A DNA stretch of 54,045 nt from Candidatus Omnitrophota bacterium (GTDB lineage Bacteria; Omnitrophota; Gorgyraeia; Gygaellales; Profunditerraquicolaceae): NCBI GenBank assembly GCA_043813255.1, contig JBDRLG010000150.1, positions 1-54,045 of the forward strand, written 5' to 3'. The notes below the pieces were generated by a model. That model did no database searches. It was given only the letters and a program-made list of their open reading frames with translations, and was not told the DNA's origin. Of the stretch, positions 17,077-25,816 are shown one piece after another (within the stretch, counting starts at the first letter, position 1; every line of letters starts with the position of its first letter). A program made the position numbers and the translations under genes.

Positions 17077-19923
17077 ATGCAAAAAATAATAACTTATAAT
17101 TTATCCGATAATTTCATTGATAAACTTGCTGAGTTTATAGAAGAAAATTATCTTAAGCAGGGTAAAGATATCAGCAAGCTCGCTTTTGTTTTTGGAGGCA
17201 AGCGGCCGGCTTTATTTTTGAAAAAAGAGCTTTCAAAAAAAATCGGCAAAGGTTTTTATTCGCCCGCGTTTTTTTCCATAGATGAATTTGTTGAATACAC
17301 GCTTTCAAAAAAAGAAATATTTTCCGTAATTAATGATTTGGACGCCTGCTATATTATTTATAATCTGGCGAAAAAATTCTCTCCTGATGTTTTAACCGGA
17401 AGGCAGAATTTTTCGCAGTTTTTGCCATGGGCGCGGGAGATATTGTCTTTTATTGAACAGCTTGATTTGGAAGATATACAGCCTGAAAAACTCAAGAATA
17501 TCCAGCTTAAGGCAAGTATTGGCTATGATGTGCCGGAAAATATCAACACTTTGCTTGAGCGTATTATTTGTTTAAGGCAGGCCATGCAGGAAGAATTAAA
17601 AAAGAAAAAATCCTATTCCAGAGGCCTGATTTATCTTTTGGCTTCAGATAGTATTGAACAGGCGGATTTTAGCGAGTTTGAACAGATAATTTTTTGCGGG
17701 TTGTTTTACCTGCATAAAACCGAGAGTAATATTATCAGGAGTATTTATGAAAAAGAAAAAGCTGTGTTTTTCTTTCAGGGCTCAGAGCAAGAGTGGAGTG
17801 TATTGGGAAAAACCGCTAAGGACTTTTCAATATCAATAAAACCGCCTGAATTAAAGATTCCTGAATTTAACCTTTCTATACAAGCAGGTTTTGACGTGCA
17901 TTCAGAAGCCTGTCTTGTCCGGCAGGGATTAAAGAAAATAAAAAACCCGGATGATACAGTAATTGTCCTGCCTGAGAGCGGTAATATTATACCTTTGCTT
18001 TCGGAAATATCTGATTGCCTTGATAATTTTAATGTTTCAATGGGCTATCCTTTAAAAAGAAGCTCGGTTTACTCTTTGTTTGAATGCGTATTTAAGGCTC
18101 AGAATACCAGAAAAGACAGCCAGTATTATACTAAAGATTACCTTAATGTTTTAAGCCATCCGTTAGTAAAAAATTTAAGACTATTGCCGGATTCCGCGGT
18201 AATCCGTGTTCTGGCGCATAAAATTGAGGAAATTCTCTTGGGAATGGAAGAGACTCCTTTGGGTGGAAGCCTGTTTATCAGTTTATCGGATATCGGTAAT
18301 TCAAGGGAATTGTTTGATTCGGCGTTAAAAACAATGAGATTTATGGGGTTAGAAGTAACGTTGGAGGAACTTAAAAATGTTACCGCGGTTTTGCATGATA
18401 TCTTATTTAAGGCTTTTGAAGGCATTGGTAGCTTTTACGAATTCGCGCTTTCTTTAGAGAAAATACTGGATATCTTAATAAAAAAGAGTTTTCTAAGGAA
18501 TTATCCTTTGAACCTTAAAATGGCAGAAAGGATTTTTCAGATTAAAGAAGAATTAATCAGCGCTTCTTTCAACAAAGAGCCGTTTGATAAAGAAGATATT
18601 TTTAAAATTTTTGAGAACAAGCTGGATAATGAGTTGATTTCTTTTTCCGGCTCTCCTTTAAAAGGCCTGCAGATACTGGGTTTATTTGAAACACGCTCAT
18701 TAAATTTTGAGAATGTCCTAATCATGGATATGAATGAAGCCGTGCTTCCTAACCTTAAAATATACGAGCCTTTAATCCCCAGAGAAGTAATGATAAGCCT
18801 TGGGTTAAACCGGCTGGAAAAAGAAGAGGAGATACAGCGTTACCAGTTTAAGAGGCTGATTTCAGGGGCGAAAAATGTCTGCCTTATTTATCAGGAGAGA
18901 AACGACAAAGAAAAAAGCAGGTTCATAGAAGAGCTTATCTGGGAAAGGCAAAAGAAACAAGGCTCTCTGGATGTTTTACCAGTGCCAAAAGCGAATTTTC
19001 AGGTTAAAGTCCTGCCAAAACATCTGGAAATAGAAAAGGGGCAGAAGATAATAGATTTTTTAAAAAACAAAGAATATTCCGCTTCCAGCATAAATACCTA
19101 TATGCAGTGCCCATTGCGTTTTTATTACCAATATGTTTTGGGATTAAAAGAGAAAGAGGACCTGCTGGAAGAGCCGGAAGGAAGGCATATCGGCACATTT
19201 GTGCATAATCTGCTTGAAGAAACCTACAGCGGATTTGTCGGCAAAAAACCCGATATCAATGAAAAATTCAAGAAATATTTCTTTGATATTCTGGATAAAA
19301 AATTCAGCCAGGATTTTGAAAGAAAGATGAAGTCAGATTCTTTTCTTATCAAAGAAATAATTAATTTCCGCATGAGCCGTTTCCTTGAAAATGAGAAGAA
19401 AAGAGAAGTCGCAGAGGTGATTTCATTAGAAAAAAAATTTAAAGGTAGTATACAGATAGGAGAAAACAGCTTTAAATTCCAGGCGATAATTGACAGGATT
19501 GATTCGCTTAGTGACAAAAGTATATTAGTCCTTGATTATAAAACTGGCGGAGTTGATATCCTTCCGGAGATAGATGTTGAGAAAATCGAACAGTCATGCG
19601 CCAGCAGGCAGGAAATCAAAAAAACAGTCAAGTCATTCCAGCTTCCGTTATATTTATACCTCATAGACAGCCAGCCGGAATTTCAGCAGGCAAAAACAAA
19701 CGCCTGCCTTTACTCAATAAAAGACACAGATCAAAATCAGGGAATAAAATACCTGTTTAAAAAAGAAGAACAGTTCGCCAACAAAGACGAAATCATGCAG
19801 GCATATTTGAAAGCGTTGGAAGTAATATTCGCCGAAATCCTAGACCCCCAAGTGCCCTTTAAAGCCGACGAAGAAACCCCAAGGCTCTGCCAAACCTGCC
19901 CGTTCTTTTATTTATGCAGGTAG
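17077..19923 (+). CDS. addB: AddB-like PD-(D/E)xK nuclease subunit with an Fe-S cluster cysteine motif
   Basis: The C-terminal nuclease region has MQCPLRFYY, VLDYKTG and a terminal CQTCPFFYLC, giving the 1+3 cysteine arrangement typical of AddB. It lies directly downstream of the AddA-like gene. Confidence 0.75.
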   Translation: MQKIITYNLSDNFIDKLAEFIEENYLKQGKDISKLAFVFGGKRPALFLKKELSKKIGKGFYSPAFFSIDEFVEYTLSKKEIFSVINDLDACYIIYNLAKKFSPDVLTGRQNFSQFLPWAREILSFIEQLDLEDIQPEKLKNIQLKASIGYDVPENINTLLERIICLRQAMQEELKKKKSYSRGLIYLLASDSIEQADFSEFEQIIFCGLFYLHKTESNIIRSIYEKEKAVFFFQGSEQEWSVLGKTAKDFSISIKPPELKIPEFNLSIQAGFDVHSEACLVRQGLKKIKNPDDTVIVLPESGNIIPLLSEISDCLDNFNVSMGYPLKRSSVYSLFECVFKAQNTRKDSQYYTKDYLNVLSHPLVKNLRLLPDSAVIRVLAHKIEEILLGMEETPLGGSLFISLSDIGNSRELFDSALKTMRFMGLEVTLEELKNVTAVLHDILFKAFEGIGSFYEFALSLEKILDILIKKSFLRNYPLNLKMAERIFQIKEELISASFNKEPFDKEDIFKIFENKLDNELISFSGSPLKGLQILGLFETRSLNFENVLIMDMNEAVLPNLKIYEPLIPREVMISLGLNRLEKEEEIQRYQFKRLISGAKNVCLIYQERNDKEKSRFIEELIWERQKKQGSLDVLPVPKANFQVKVLPKHLEIEKGQKIIDFLKNKEYSASSINTYMQCPLRFYYQYVLGLKEKEDLLEEPEGRHIGTFVHNLLEETYSGFVGKKPDINEKFKKYFFDILDKKFSQDFERKMKSDSFLIKEIINFRMSRFLENEKKREVAEVISLEKKFKGSIQIGENSFKFQAIIDRIDSLSDKSILVLDYKTGGVDILPEIDVEKIEQSCASRQEIKKTVKSFQLPLYLYLIDSQPEFQQAKTNACLYSIKDTDQNQGIKYLFKKEEQFANKDEIMQAYLKALEVIFAEILDPQVPFKADEETPRLCQTCPFFYLCR

Positions 19924-19937
19924 GAGTGAATTAATTC

Positions 19938-20825
19938 ATGATAAACAATATTAAAAAAATTAAGGCATTATTAGGCAAGGTTACTAAAGAGCAATTGAGG
20001 TATGTGGATTGTTATCTTGGCGGTAACCTTGGGCTTTTTATTCCTTCTGTGGGGCCTTGTTTTTTCGCGATGACTCCGTTGCACAGCCATCCGGCTTATT
20101 TATTTATTTTGGCATTTGATGAGAATTGCAGTTTAAAAATAAAAGGCAAGATCGTTCGTCCGGTACACGGAAAAATCTGCGTTATTTCTGCCGGCCTGGC
20201 GCATCATGAACTTATGCAGGATGATTTTTCAAGGTATATCGCGGTGGTTATAAAAAAGGGATTTTTTGAAAAACAATTCAAAATTTATTCAAATAAACAC
20301 AGGCCTGATTTTACAGGGGAATTATTTGCTATGCCGCCGGATTTAATGTTTTACATCAAAGATTTTATGCTTGAATATGAAAATAAAATGCCGGGGTATA
20401 AGGATTTATTAAAAGCATTAAGTTTTAAAATAACGCACGCTTTGATAAGGGATGTTTTGGATATTAAGCCTGTAACTCAAAGGAGTAGTTTTCGCATAAA
20501 AATAAATAATGCCATAGATTATATGTACGCGAATTATGCTAATAAGATTACAGTAGAAGATATGGCTTATAACGCGGTAATGTCAGTGTCTCATTTTTCA
20601 AGGCTTTTTAAACAGGAAACAGGCAAAGCCCCAAATGATTACCTTATTTACCTGCGTTTAACTCAGTCTCAGAAGTTATTGCGGGCGGCAGACAAGCCTT
20701 TAACTCAAATCGCCCATGAATGCGGATTTGCCAGCTCCGCGTATTTTTCTGCTTGCTTTCTCCAAAGGTTCAAAATAACCCCTTCTGAATATAGAAAAAA
20801 GTTCGCAATAAAGCAGAATTCTTAA
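19938..20825 (+). CDS. AraC family transcriptional regulator
   Basis: The N-terminus is cupin-like. The C-terminus has the double HTH SVSHFSRLFKQETGKAPNDYLIYLRL...IAHECGFASSAYFSACF. Confidence 0.85.
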   Translation: MINNIKKIKALLGKVTKEQLRYVDCYLGGNLGLFIPSVGPCFFAMTPLHSHPAYLFILAFDENCSLKIKGKIVRPVHGKICVISAGLAHHELMQDDFSRYIAVVIKKGFFEKQFKIYSNKHRPDFTGELFAMPPDLMFYIKDFMLEYENKMPGYKDLLKALSFKITHALIRDVLDIKPVTQRSSFRIKINNAIDYMYANYANKITVEDMAYNAVMSVSHFSRLFKQETGKAPNDYLIYLRLTQSQKLLRAADKPLTQIAHECGFASSAYFSACFLQRFKITPSEYRKKFAIKQNS

Positions 20826-20893
20826 AAAGAATCGCAGGATTTTGAAAGACAGTATTTATTTTATGTAGTAATCTATTATTACTGTTTAAATTA

Positions 20894-21083
20894 GTGTCAT
20901 TGAGGCTGTGTCGCAATTGTCTTTTTTTGTCATTGCGAAGGAGCGAAGCGACTGCGGCAATCTTAGTATTCGTCGGAATAGATAAATAAGATTGCTTCGG
21001 CTTCGCCTCGCAATGACAAAAATGGCTATTATGACACAGTTTGATTGCGGGTGAAGCGAAGCCTGCCTACCGGACAGGCAGGC
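20894..21083. repeat. composite repeat: GTCATTGCGA-family hairpin plus a gcctgcc...ggcaggc unit
   Basis: The main hairpin is gtcattgcgaaggagcgaagcgactgcggcaatct...agattgcttcggcttcgcctcgcaatgac. It is followed by gcctgcctaccggacaggcaggc. Confidence 0.8.
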
Positions 21084-21128
21084 AATCTCATTTTCGAAAA
21101 ATTGCTTCATTAAAAGGAGGGAAGAAAA

Positions 21129-21545
21129 ATGAATAAAACGCAGATAATAGAATTAATGCGGGCAAACCCGGTTTTTCACCTTGCTACAGTAGAAGGCAAT
21201 AAGCCGCATGTGAGGGGGATGTTATTATACAAAGCAGGGCAGGATGGGATATTGTTTCATACGGGGACAATGAAGGATTTACATAAACAATTAAGCGTTA
21301 ACCCGGAAGTAGAGCTTTGTTTCTTCAGCCATAAAGATAATACTCAGGTGCGTATAAGCGGAAAAGTTGAGCTTGTGGAAGACTTGGAATTAAAGAAAGA
21401 GATAGTGGCAAACCGTGATTTTTTGAAGCCTTGGGTAGAAAAATCAGGATATGATATTCTGGCAGTTTACCGCATGAAAAAAGGCACTGTAGTAATCTGG
21501 ACCATGGAAACAAATTTTGAGCCAAAGAAGTATATTGAGTTCTAA
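21129..21545 (+). CDS. pyridoxamine 5'-phosphate oxidase-like FMN-binding split-barrel protein
   Basis: The N-terminal pattern NPVFHLATVEGNKPHVRGM and the ~138 aa size fit this family. An AAGGAGG RBS lies upstream. Confidence 0.65.
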   Translation: MNKTQIIELMRANPVFHLATVEGNKPHVRGMLLYKAGQDGILFHTGTMKDLHKQLSVNPEVELCFFSHKDNTQVRISGKVELVEDLELKKEIVANRDFLKPWVEKSGYDILAVYRMKKGTVVIWTMETNFEPKKYIEF

Positions 21546-21560
21546 AAAGAAGAAAGCCCG

Positions 21561-21601
21561 CCTCAATTTTAGATATTATTTAATAATATCTAAAATTGAG
21601 G
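21561..21601 (+). terminator. long perfect hairpin downstream of the PNPOx-like gene
   Basis: The arms cctcaattttagatattatt and aataatatctaaaattgagg form a roughly 20-bp stem. Confidence 0.6.
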
Positions 21602-21684
21602 TTTACTCCCCAAAAGAGTATTACTGCAAGAAATGACTCCGCGTATAATTTTTAAATTTAAATCATTTGAATAAAAAATAATTT

Positions 21685-21693
21685 TGTTATAAT
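21685..21693 (+). promoter_or_regulatory. extended -10 promoter element upstream of 21761
   Basis: The sequence TGtTATAAT sits in a very AT-rich 215-bp gap. A weak TTGAAT lies 15 nt upstream. Confidence 0.35.
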
Positions 21694-21760
21694 AATAGCT
21701 AACTTTTTATGTATTTATTATAGTGTTAAGTACTATTAATATTAAACAAGGAGATAGGCT

Positions 21761-22201
21761 ATGAAACAGTCTCTTAAAACAACAGTAAATAAGGGGAATC
21801 GTTTAAAGGTATCTATTCCCGGTAAAGCAAAGCATAAAGTAGTTATAGTTAAGCAAGGCGTACCCAAAATTAAAATAATCTCTCCGAAAACAGGGATAGA
21901 ACAAAAATTCATCAAAGTAAAAGAAAAAGAGATAGCTTATCCTCCCGGATATATCCGGACAAGGACAGGTATTATTATTCCGGAAGGCATAGGAGAACCG
22001 GTGCCGGCAAGTAAATTTAGAAACGGATTTTTGAAAGCAAAAGAAGAAATAGAGCTATTAATTAATGATGTTGTAAAGACAATGAAAACAGAATATGCTA
22101 TTAAAGAGATTGAATTAGCTGTTAGTTTTAACGCGGAAGGTAAATTTCTTGGCTTCGGTATAGGAGGAGCGGCATCTATGAAAATTAAAGTCGCCCCTTA
22201 A
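21761..22201 (+). CDS. hypothetical Lys-rich protein whose C-terminus resembles a Trypco2 (trypsin co-occurring domain 2) fold pattern
   Basis: It has a strong AAGGAG RBS. The C-terminal IKEIELAVSFNAEGKFLGFGIGGAASMKIKV resembles the Trypco2 pattern evEfGlkl.aeag.....a.aea.fkv.l. This assignment comes from memory only. Confidence 0.35.
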   Translation: MKQSLKTTVNKGNRLKVSIPGKAKHKVVIVKQGVPKIKIISPKTGIEQKFIKVKEKEIAYPPGYIRTRTGIIIPEGIGEPVPASKFRNGFLKAKEEIELLINDVVKTMKTEYAIKEIELAVSFNAEGKFLGFGIGGAASMKIKVAP

Positions 22202-22243
22202 TTTAGAAAATACTTTTATAACCAACTAGGAGAATTTATAACT

Positions 22244-22699
22244 ATGGAAAGCAGATTGATAAAACTTCTTGTTATTGATGATGACCCTGATATCCGGGGG
22301 GCGATAAAGCAGAATTTTAAGCGCACAGGAAATTATAAAGTATTAACTGCCAATGGCGGCATTATTGGTAAAATCATAGCCAGCCAGAAATGGCACAGGC
22401 CGGATATTATTCTTCTTGATATAATGATGCCTGATATGGACGGCTTTGAAGTATTGCGTATTTTGAGAAAAAACAAACAAACCGCCTATGTCCCTATTAT
22501 TATGGTAACTGCCAAAGCTGACTGCCAATCCAGAGTAAAAGCAGAAGGCCTATACTGCGATGATTATATCATCAAGCCCGTGGAATTAAGTGAATTAAAA
22601 TCCAGAATAGAGGCAGTCCTCGCCAAGAGGGGGATTAAAGTAGAGAATTATCTGAAACCAACAAAAACCAAGTCTGCGCCCCGCCTTGGCGGGGCTTGA
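22244..22699 (+). CDS. stand-alone response regulator receiver protein
   Basis: The receiver motifs are LLVIDDDPD, DIILLDIMMPDMDGFEV, PIIMVTA and DYIIKP. The last seven codons (APRLGGA) are encoded by a gccccgccttggcggggc repeat hairpin. Confidence 0.85.
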   Translation: MESRLIKLLVIDDDPDIRGAIKQNFKRTGNYKVLTANGGIIGKIIASQKWHRPDIILLDIMMPDMDGFEVLRILRKNKQTAYVPIIMVTAKADCQSRVKAEGLYCDDYIIKPVELSELKSRIEAVLAKRGIKVENYLKPTKTKSAPRLGGA

Positions 22700-22724
22700 C
22701 ATGAATTATTTTGTGTGGTATTAT
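22696..22724 (+). promoter_or_regulatory. near-consensus sigma70 promoter with an extended -10
   Basis: It reads TTGACA, a 17-nt spacer, then TGgTATTAT. The -35 hexamer overlaps the receiver gene stop codon. Confidence 0.65.
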
Positions 22725-22725
22725 T

Positions 22726-22763
22726 CGTTTAGTTTACTAAAAATGTATTTAGAAAACTAAACG
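22726..22763. promoter_or_regulatory. 38-bp palindrome, a candidate operator for the downstream wHTH-MNT protein
   Basis: The arms cgtttagtttactaaaa and atttagaaaactaaacg match at about 15 of 17 positions per arm. The palindrome sits immediately downstream of the -10. Confidence 0.5.
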
Positions 22764-22781
22764 TTTTAAAAGCGAGGGCTT

Positions 22782-23408
22782 ATGAAATTTACAAAACCAC
22801 TGGATGAGATTTTAAATACTGAAACAAAAATTAGGATACTTAGATTTTTTTGTAGGACAGGTGCGCAGTGGAATGGCAGTCAGATAGCTAAGGAAATAAA
22901 AATAACTCCCGCGGCTACGCATACCGCGTTGCGCGCTTTAGAGAAAGAAGGGTTGCTTATTTTGTGTAATATGGGTAAGACTCATGTTTATAGTTTAAAA
23001 GAAGATTCTTTTTTAGTGTTAAATCTTCTTAAACCGTTATTTACAAAAGAGGATAAAATTCTGGATACCATCATCGGTTTGATTAAGCGCGAAATCTTAG
23101 GTTTTAAGGCAAGAAAAGGTATTGTAAGCGTTGCTTTATTTGGTAGTATTAATATTCATAAGGATCGTTCTACAAGCGATATAGATCTGGCTGTAATTGT
23201 GGAGAATGCCAAGGTAAAGCCTGTTATTGAGCGTTTGTTTGGGGAGTTGGACGCGAGGATATCAAAAGAATTTGGTAATACGCTTTCGCCATACGTAAAT
23301 ACACGAACCGAATTCAAGGCAAAGCATAAAAAAGGCCTTGTTGTTATTAAAAATATCCTAAAGTCGCATAATCTTATCTATGGAGAAAAACTGAAAAGTT
23401 TACTATGA
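22782..23408 (+). CDS. winged-HTH fused to a minimal nucleotidyltransferase (MNT) domain
   Basis: The N-terminus is ArsR/MarR-like (IRILRFF...QIAKEIKITPAATHTALRALEKEGLL). The NTase motif is LFGSINIHKDRSTSDIDLAVIV. Confidence 0.75.
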   Translation: MKFTKPLDEILNTETKIRILRFFCRTGAQWNGSQIAKEIKITPAATHTALRALEKEGLLILCNMGKTHVYSLKEDSFLVLNLLKPLFTKEDKILDTIIGLIKREILGFKARKGIVSVALFGSINIHKDRSTSDIDLAVIVENAKVKPVIERLFGELDARISKEFGNTLSPYVNTRTEFKAKHKKGLVVIKNILKSHNLIYGEKLKSLL

Positions 23409-23794
23409 CAGCTAAGAAACTCAAAACCGTGAATGTGGAGAAAAACGATTATAAAGTTTTCCTTAAGAAGGCAAAAGATTTCTATGAAGTAATGTTCAAT
23501 GCCAGCGATACAGGAAATTGGACAGCGGTGGGCTTAAATGCTGTCCATTGCGCCATATCCTGCTGTGATGCTATGTTGACATTTCATTTAGGTATAAGAT
23601 CAGCAGGTGAGGATCATATGCAGGCAGTGGATCTTCTTACGCGGTTACCATCTGCCGTTAAAGATGGAGAAACAAATACTTTTAAAAGAATCATCGTTAA
23701 AAAGAACCTTATTGCGTATGAGTGCAGGGAATTTCGGCAGACAGAAGCCACGGACATATTAAAAAAAACCAAAAAAAAACCAAGACGCTTTTGA
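23405..23794 (+). CDS. HEPN domain protein, partner of the MNT
   Basis: It overlaps the MNT gene by 4 nt. It carries an Rx4-6H motif (IRSAGEDH) in an alpha-helical context. Confidence 0.7.
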   Translation: MTAKKLKTVNVEKNDYKVFLKKAKDFYEVMFNASDTGNWTAVGLNAVHCAISCCDAMLTFHLGIRSAGEDHMQAVDLLTRLPSAVKDGETNTFKRIIVKKNLIAYECREFRQTEATDILKKTKKKPRRF

Positions 23795-23871
23795 TAACCC
23801 TCTATAATTACTCAGTTTAAGCCGCAATTATTTTCTTCATATTTCACATAATGCCATCCTAAAAAATTTGC

Positions 23872-23910
23872 GTTAGATTTCTCTTTTTCTCACGTCTATT
23901 ATTGTAGAAG
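23872..23910 (+). promoter_or_regulatory. second copy of the conserved 39-nt upstream motif (see 7853..7891)
   Basis: The sequence gttagatttctctttttctcacgtctattattgtagaagg ends 20 nt upstream of the RAYT-like start codon. Confidence 0.4.
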
Positions 23911-23929
23911 GTAGAAGGGAGAAAATCTA

Positions 23930-24604
23930 ATGCCAACTTACGCAAGAGTACATCAGCTTCGCTTATCTTTAATTTATCATATATATAGCAGGAGTAATGG
24001 CAAAATACCTATCTTTAAAAACAGGGATGATTTTATTTATTTTAGGAACCTTCTTAAAAGATATTCTTTAAGATTTGATTTAAAGATATATCATTGGGTA
24101 ATTATGACTAATCATTATCATCTTTTGCTTGAATTAGAAGAGCCGAAGCGAATATCAAAAATTATGGCGGGTTTATCTAAGGCGTATAGCTGTTATTATC
24201 ACAAGGTTTATTCTACTGTTGGATTTCTTTGGCAGGGTAGGTTTAAATTACAGCCGGTTCAGAAAGATAATTATTTAGTTGCCTGTGGTAGATACATAGA
24301 AAGAAATCCTGTGAGAGCCGGAATGGTTAATGAAGCATATGAATATTCCTATAGCAGTGCCAGATATTATTGTTTAGGCGAAAACGACGGTATTACGGTT
24401 GAAAATCCTGCATTCTTATCATTCGGCACAACTTTAGCCTATAGGCGTAATGTATATATAGAGTTCCTGCGTAAATTTGATGGTGAAGAAGAAAAATCAT
24501 TTAATAATCTTGAGTATCCTGTAGGAAATAAGGAATTCTTGAGGAGATTAGTTAGAGAAAATGGCCGTTTTACTTCCATGAGGAGAGGCAGGTTGAGAAA
24601 ATAA
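23930..24604 (+). CDS. REP-associated tyrosine transposase (RAYT)-like, IS200/Y1 HUH family
   Basis: The HUH motif is in VIMTNHYHLLLE, and the catalytic Tyr region is GRYIERNPVRAGMV. It is a single gene with no IS ends visible. Confidence 0.75.
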   Translation: MPTYARVHQLRLSLIYHIYSRSNGKIPIFKNRDDFIYFRNLLKRYSLRFDLKIYHWVIMTNHYHLLLELEEPKRISKIMAGLSKAYSCYYHKVYSTVGFLWQGRFKLQPVQKDNYLVACGRYIERNPVRAGMVNEAYEYSYSSARYYCLGENDGITVENPAFLSFGTTLAYRRNVYIEFLRKFDGEEEKSFNNLEYPVGNKEFLRRLVRENGRFTSMRRGRLRK

Positions 24605-24703
24605 TTATTGCATAAATCATTGGTAGAGATATAATTATCAACAGCGTCTTGAATTTATTTTAAAAAAAGATCAGGTAGATTTAATAAAGGTTGAAAAAGG
24701 AAA

Positions 24704-25816
24704 GTGAAGTTTTATAAAGTATCACGGGCTACTCTATTGATTATAGGTTTTTTTTTAATTCTATTTATTTTTTTTCAAATTATTATTCAAAGATTATTCG
24801 TAAAACATAGTTTATTAAGAGGAGGCTTGACTTGTTTTTTGGCAAATGAATCAGATTATTATATTTATGATAATATTGCCGGGCATGTTCATAAGCCTTA
24901 TGCTATTCGGGAATACAAATGGCAGGAATATAGGAAAGAAAAAATAATTATTAAGACAAATAATATGGGGTTTAGGGAAGACGCGGATACTTTAAGAATA
25001 AAACCTCTTAATACCATACGGATACTTGTTACTGGCGATTCTCATGTTGATGGGGTTTTAGATAATAGCGAATCTTTCCCTAATCAATTGGAGAAGTTAT
25101 TAAATAAGGAATCTAAGGATAGTCACTTTGAAGTTATTAATGGCGGGACAGGTTATTATGGGCCGCATAATTATTATGGATTCTTGAAGAAATTTTTATA
25201 TTTACATCCGGATATTTTTATTGTAACGGTGTATTTAGGCAATGATTTTCTAGACGCGGTTGAATTCGCATATATAGAGTATGGGGGGAATATCCCTCAT
25301 AGTTCAGATGAAACTATTGCCTCATTAGTATCTGTTGGAAAATTGATTGGGGATGGGTATGTATGGCAGTCTTTGAATCAGGTCGTCTATTTTAAAAATT
25401 TCTCATCGGTAAAAAATCTGGCTGTTGAGATTGTTGAACAACAGTTTAAAGATATTAATAATTTATGCCGTAAGAATAAAATAGAATTATTTGTGGTTTT
25501 GTTACCTTCAAAATTAGATGTTGAGAAAGCCCTTGATGATAAATTATTTGATAGGATAGAAACAAATCTGGGCCTTTCACGGCAGGATATGAATATTAAC
25601 CAGCAGTTAAAAAGAGTATTAAGCGATTGGTTTGATGAGAATAAAATTAAATATTTAGATATGACTTGTTATATGGATGGTGTTGAGGGATTATTTTGGC
25701 AGAAAGACGCTCATTTAAGTGTAAAAGGGAATAGATTAGTGTCTGAAATTCTATATTCTAAAATACCTGCTGTTTATATTGAAAATCATGGTCCCGTTAT
25801 AGGAGGAGAAAGATAA
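24704..25816 (+). CDS. SGNH/GDSL family hydrolase with an N-terminal TM anchor
   Basis: Four SGNH blocks are present: block [10 protein letters not shown], block [10 protein letters not shown], block III GNDF and block V DAHLS. The start codon is GTG. Confidence 0.7.
   Translation: MKFYKVSRATLLIIGFFLILFIFFQIIIQRLFVKHSLLRGGLTCFLANESDYYIYDNIAGHVHKPYAIREYKWQEYRKEKIIIKTNNMGFREDADTLRIKPLNTIRILVTGDSHVDGVLDNSESFPNQLEKLLNKESKDSHFEVINGGTGYYGPHNYYGFLKKFLYLHPDIFIVTVYLGNDFLDAVEFAYIEYGGNIPHSSDETIASLVSVGKLIGDGYVWQSLNQVVYFKNFSSVKNLAVEIVEQQFKDINNLCRKNKIELFVVLLPSKLDVEKALDDKLFDRIETNLGLSRQDMNINQQLKRVLSDWFDENKIKYLDMTCYMDGVEGLFWQKDAHLSVKGNRLVSEILYSKIPAVYIENHGPVIGGER

Noticed and set aside
21546-25816. Prophage or integrative element in the accessory island
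   Set aside because: There is no integrase or recombinase, no phage structural or replication genes, no flanking tRNA and no direct repeats at the borders. Only a RAYT-like gene without IS ends is present.
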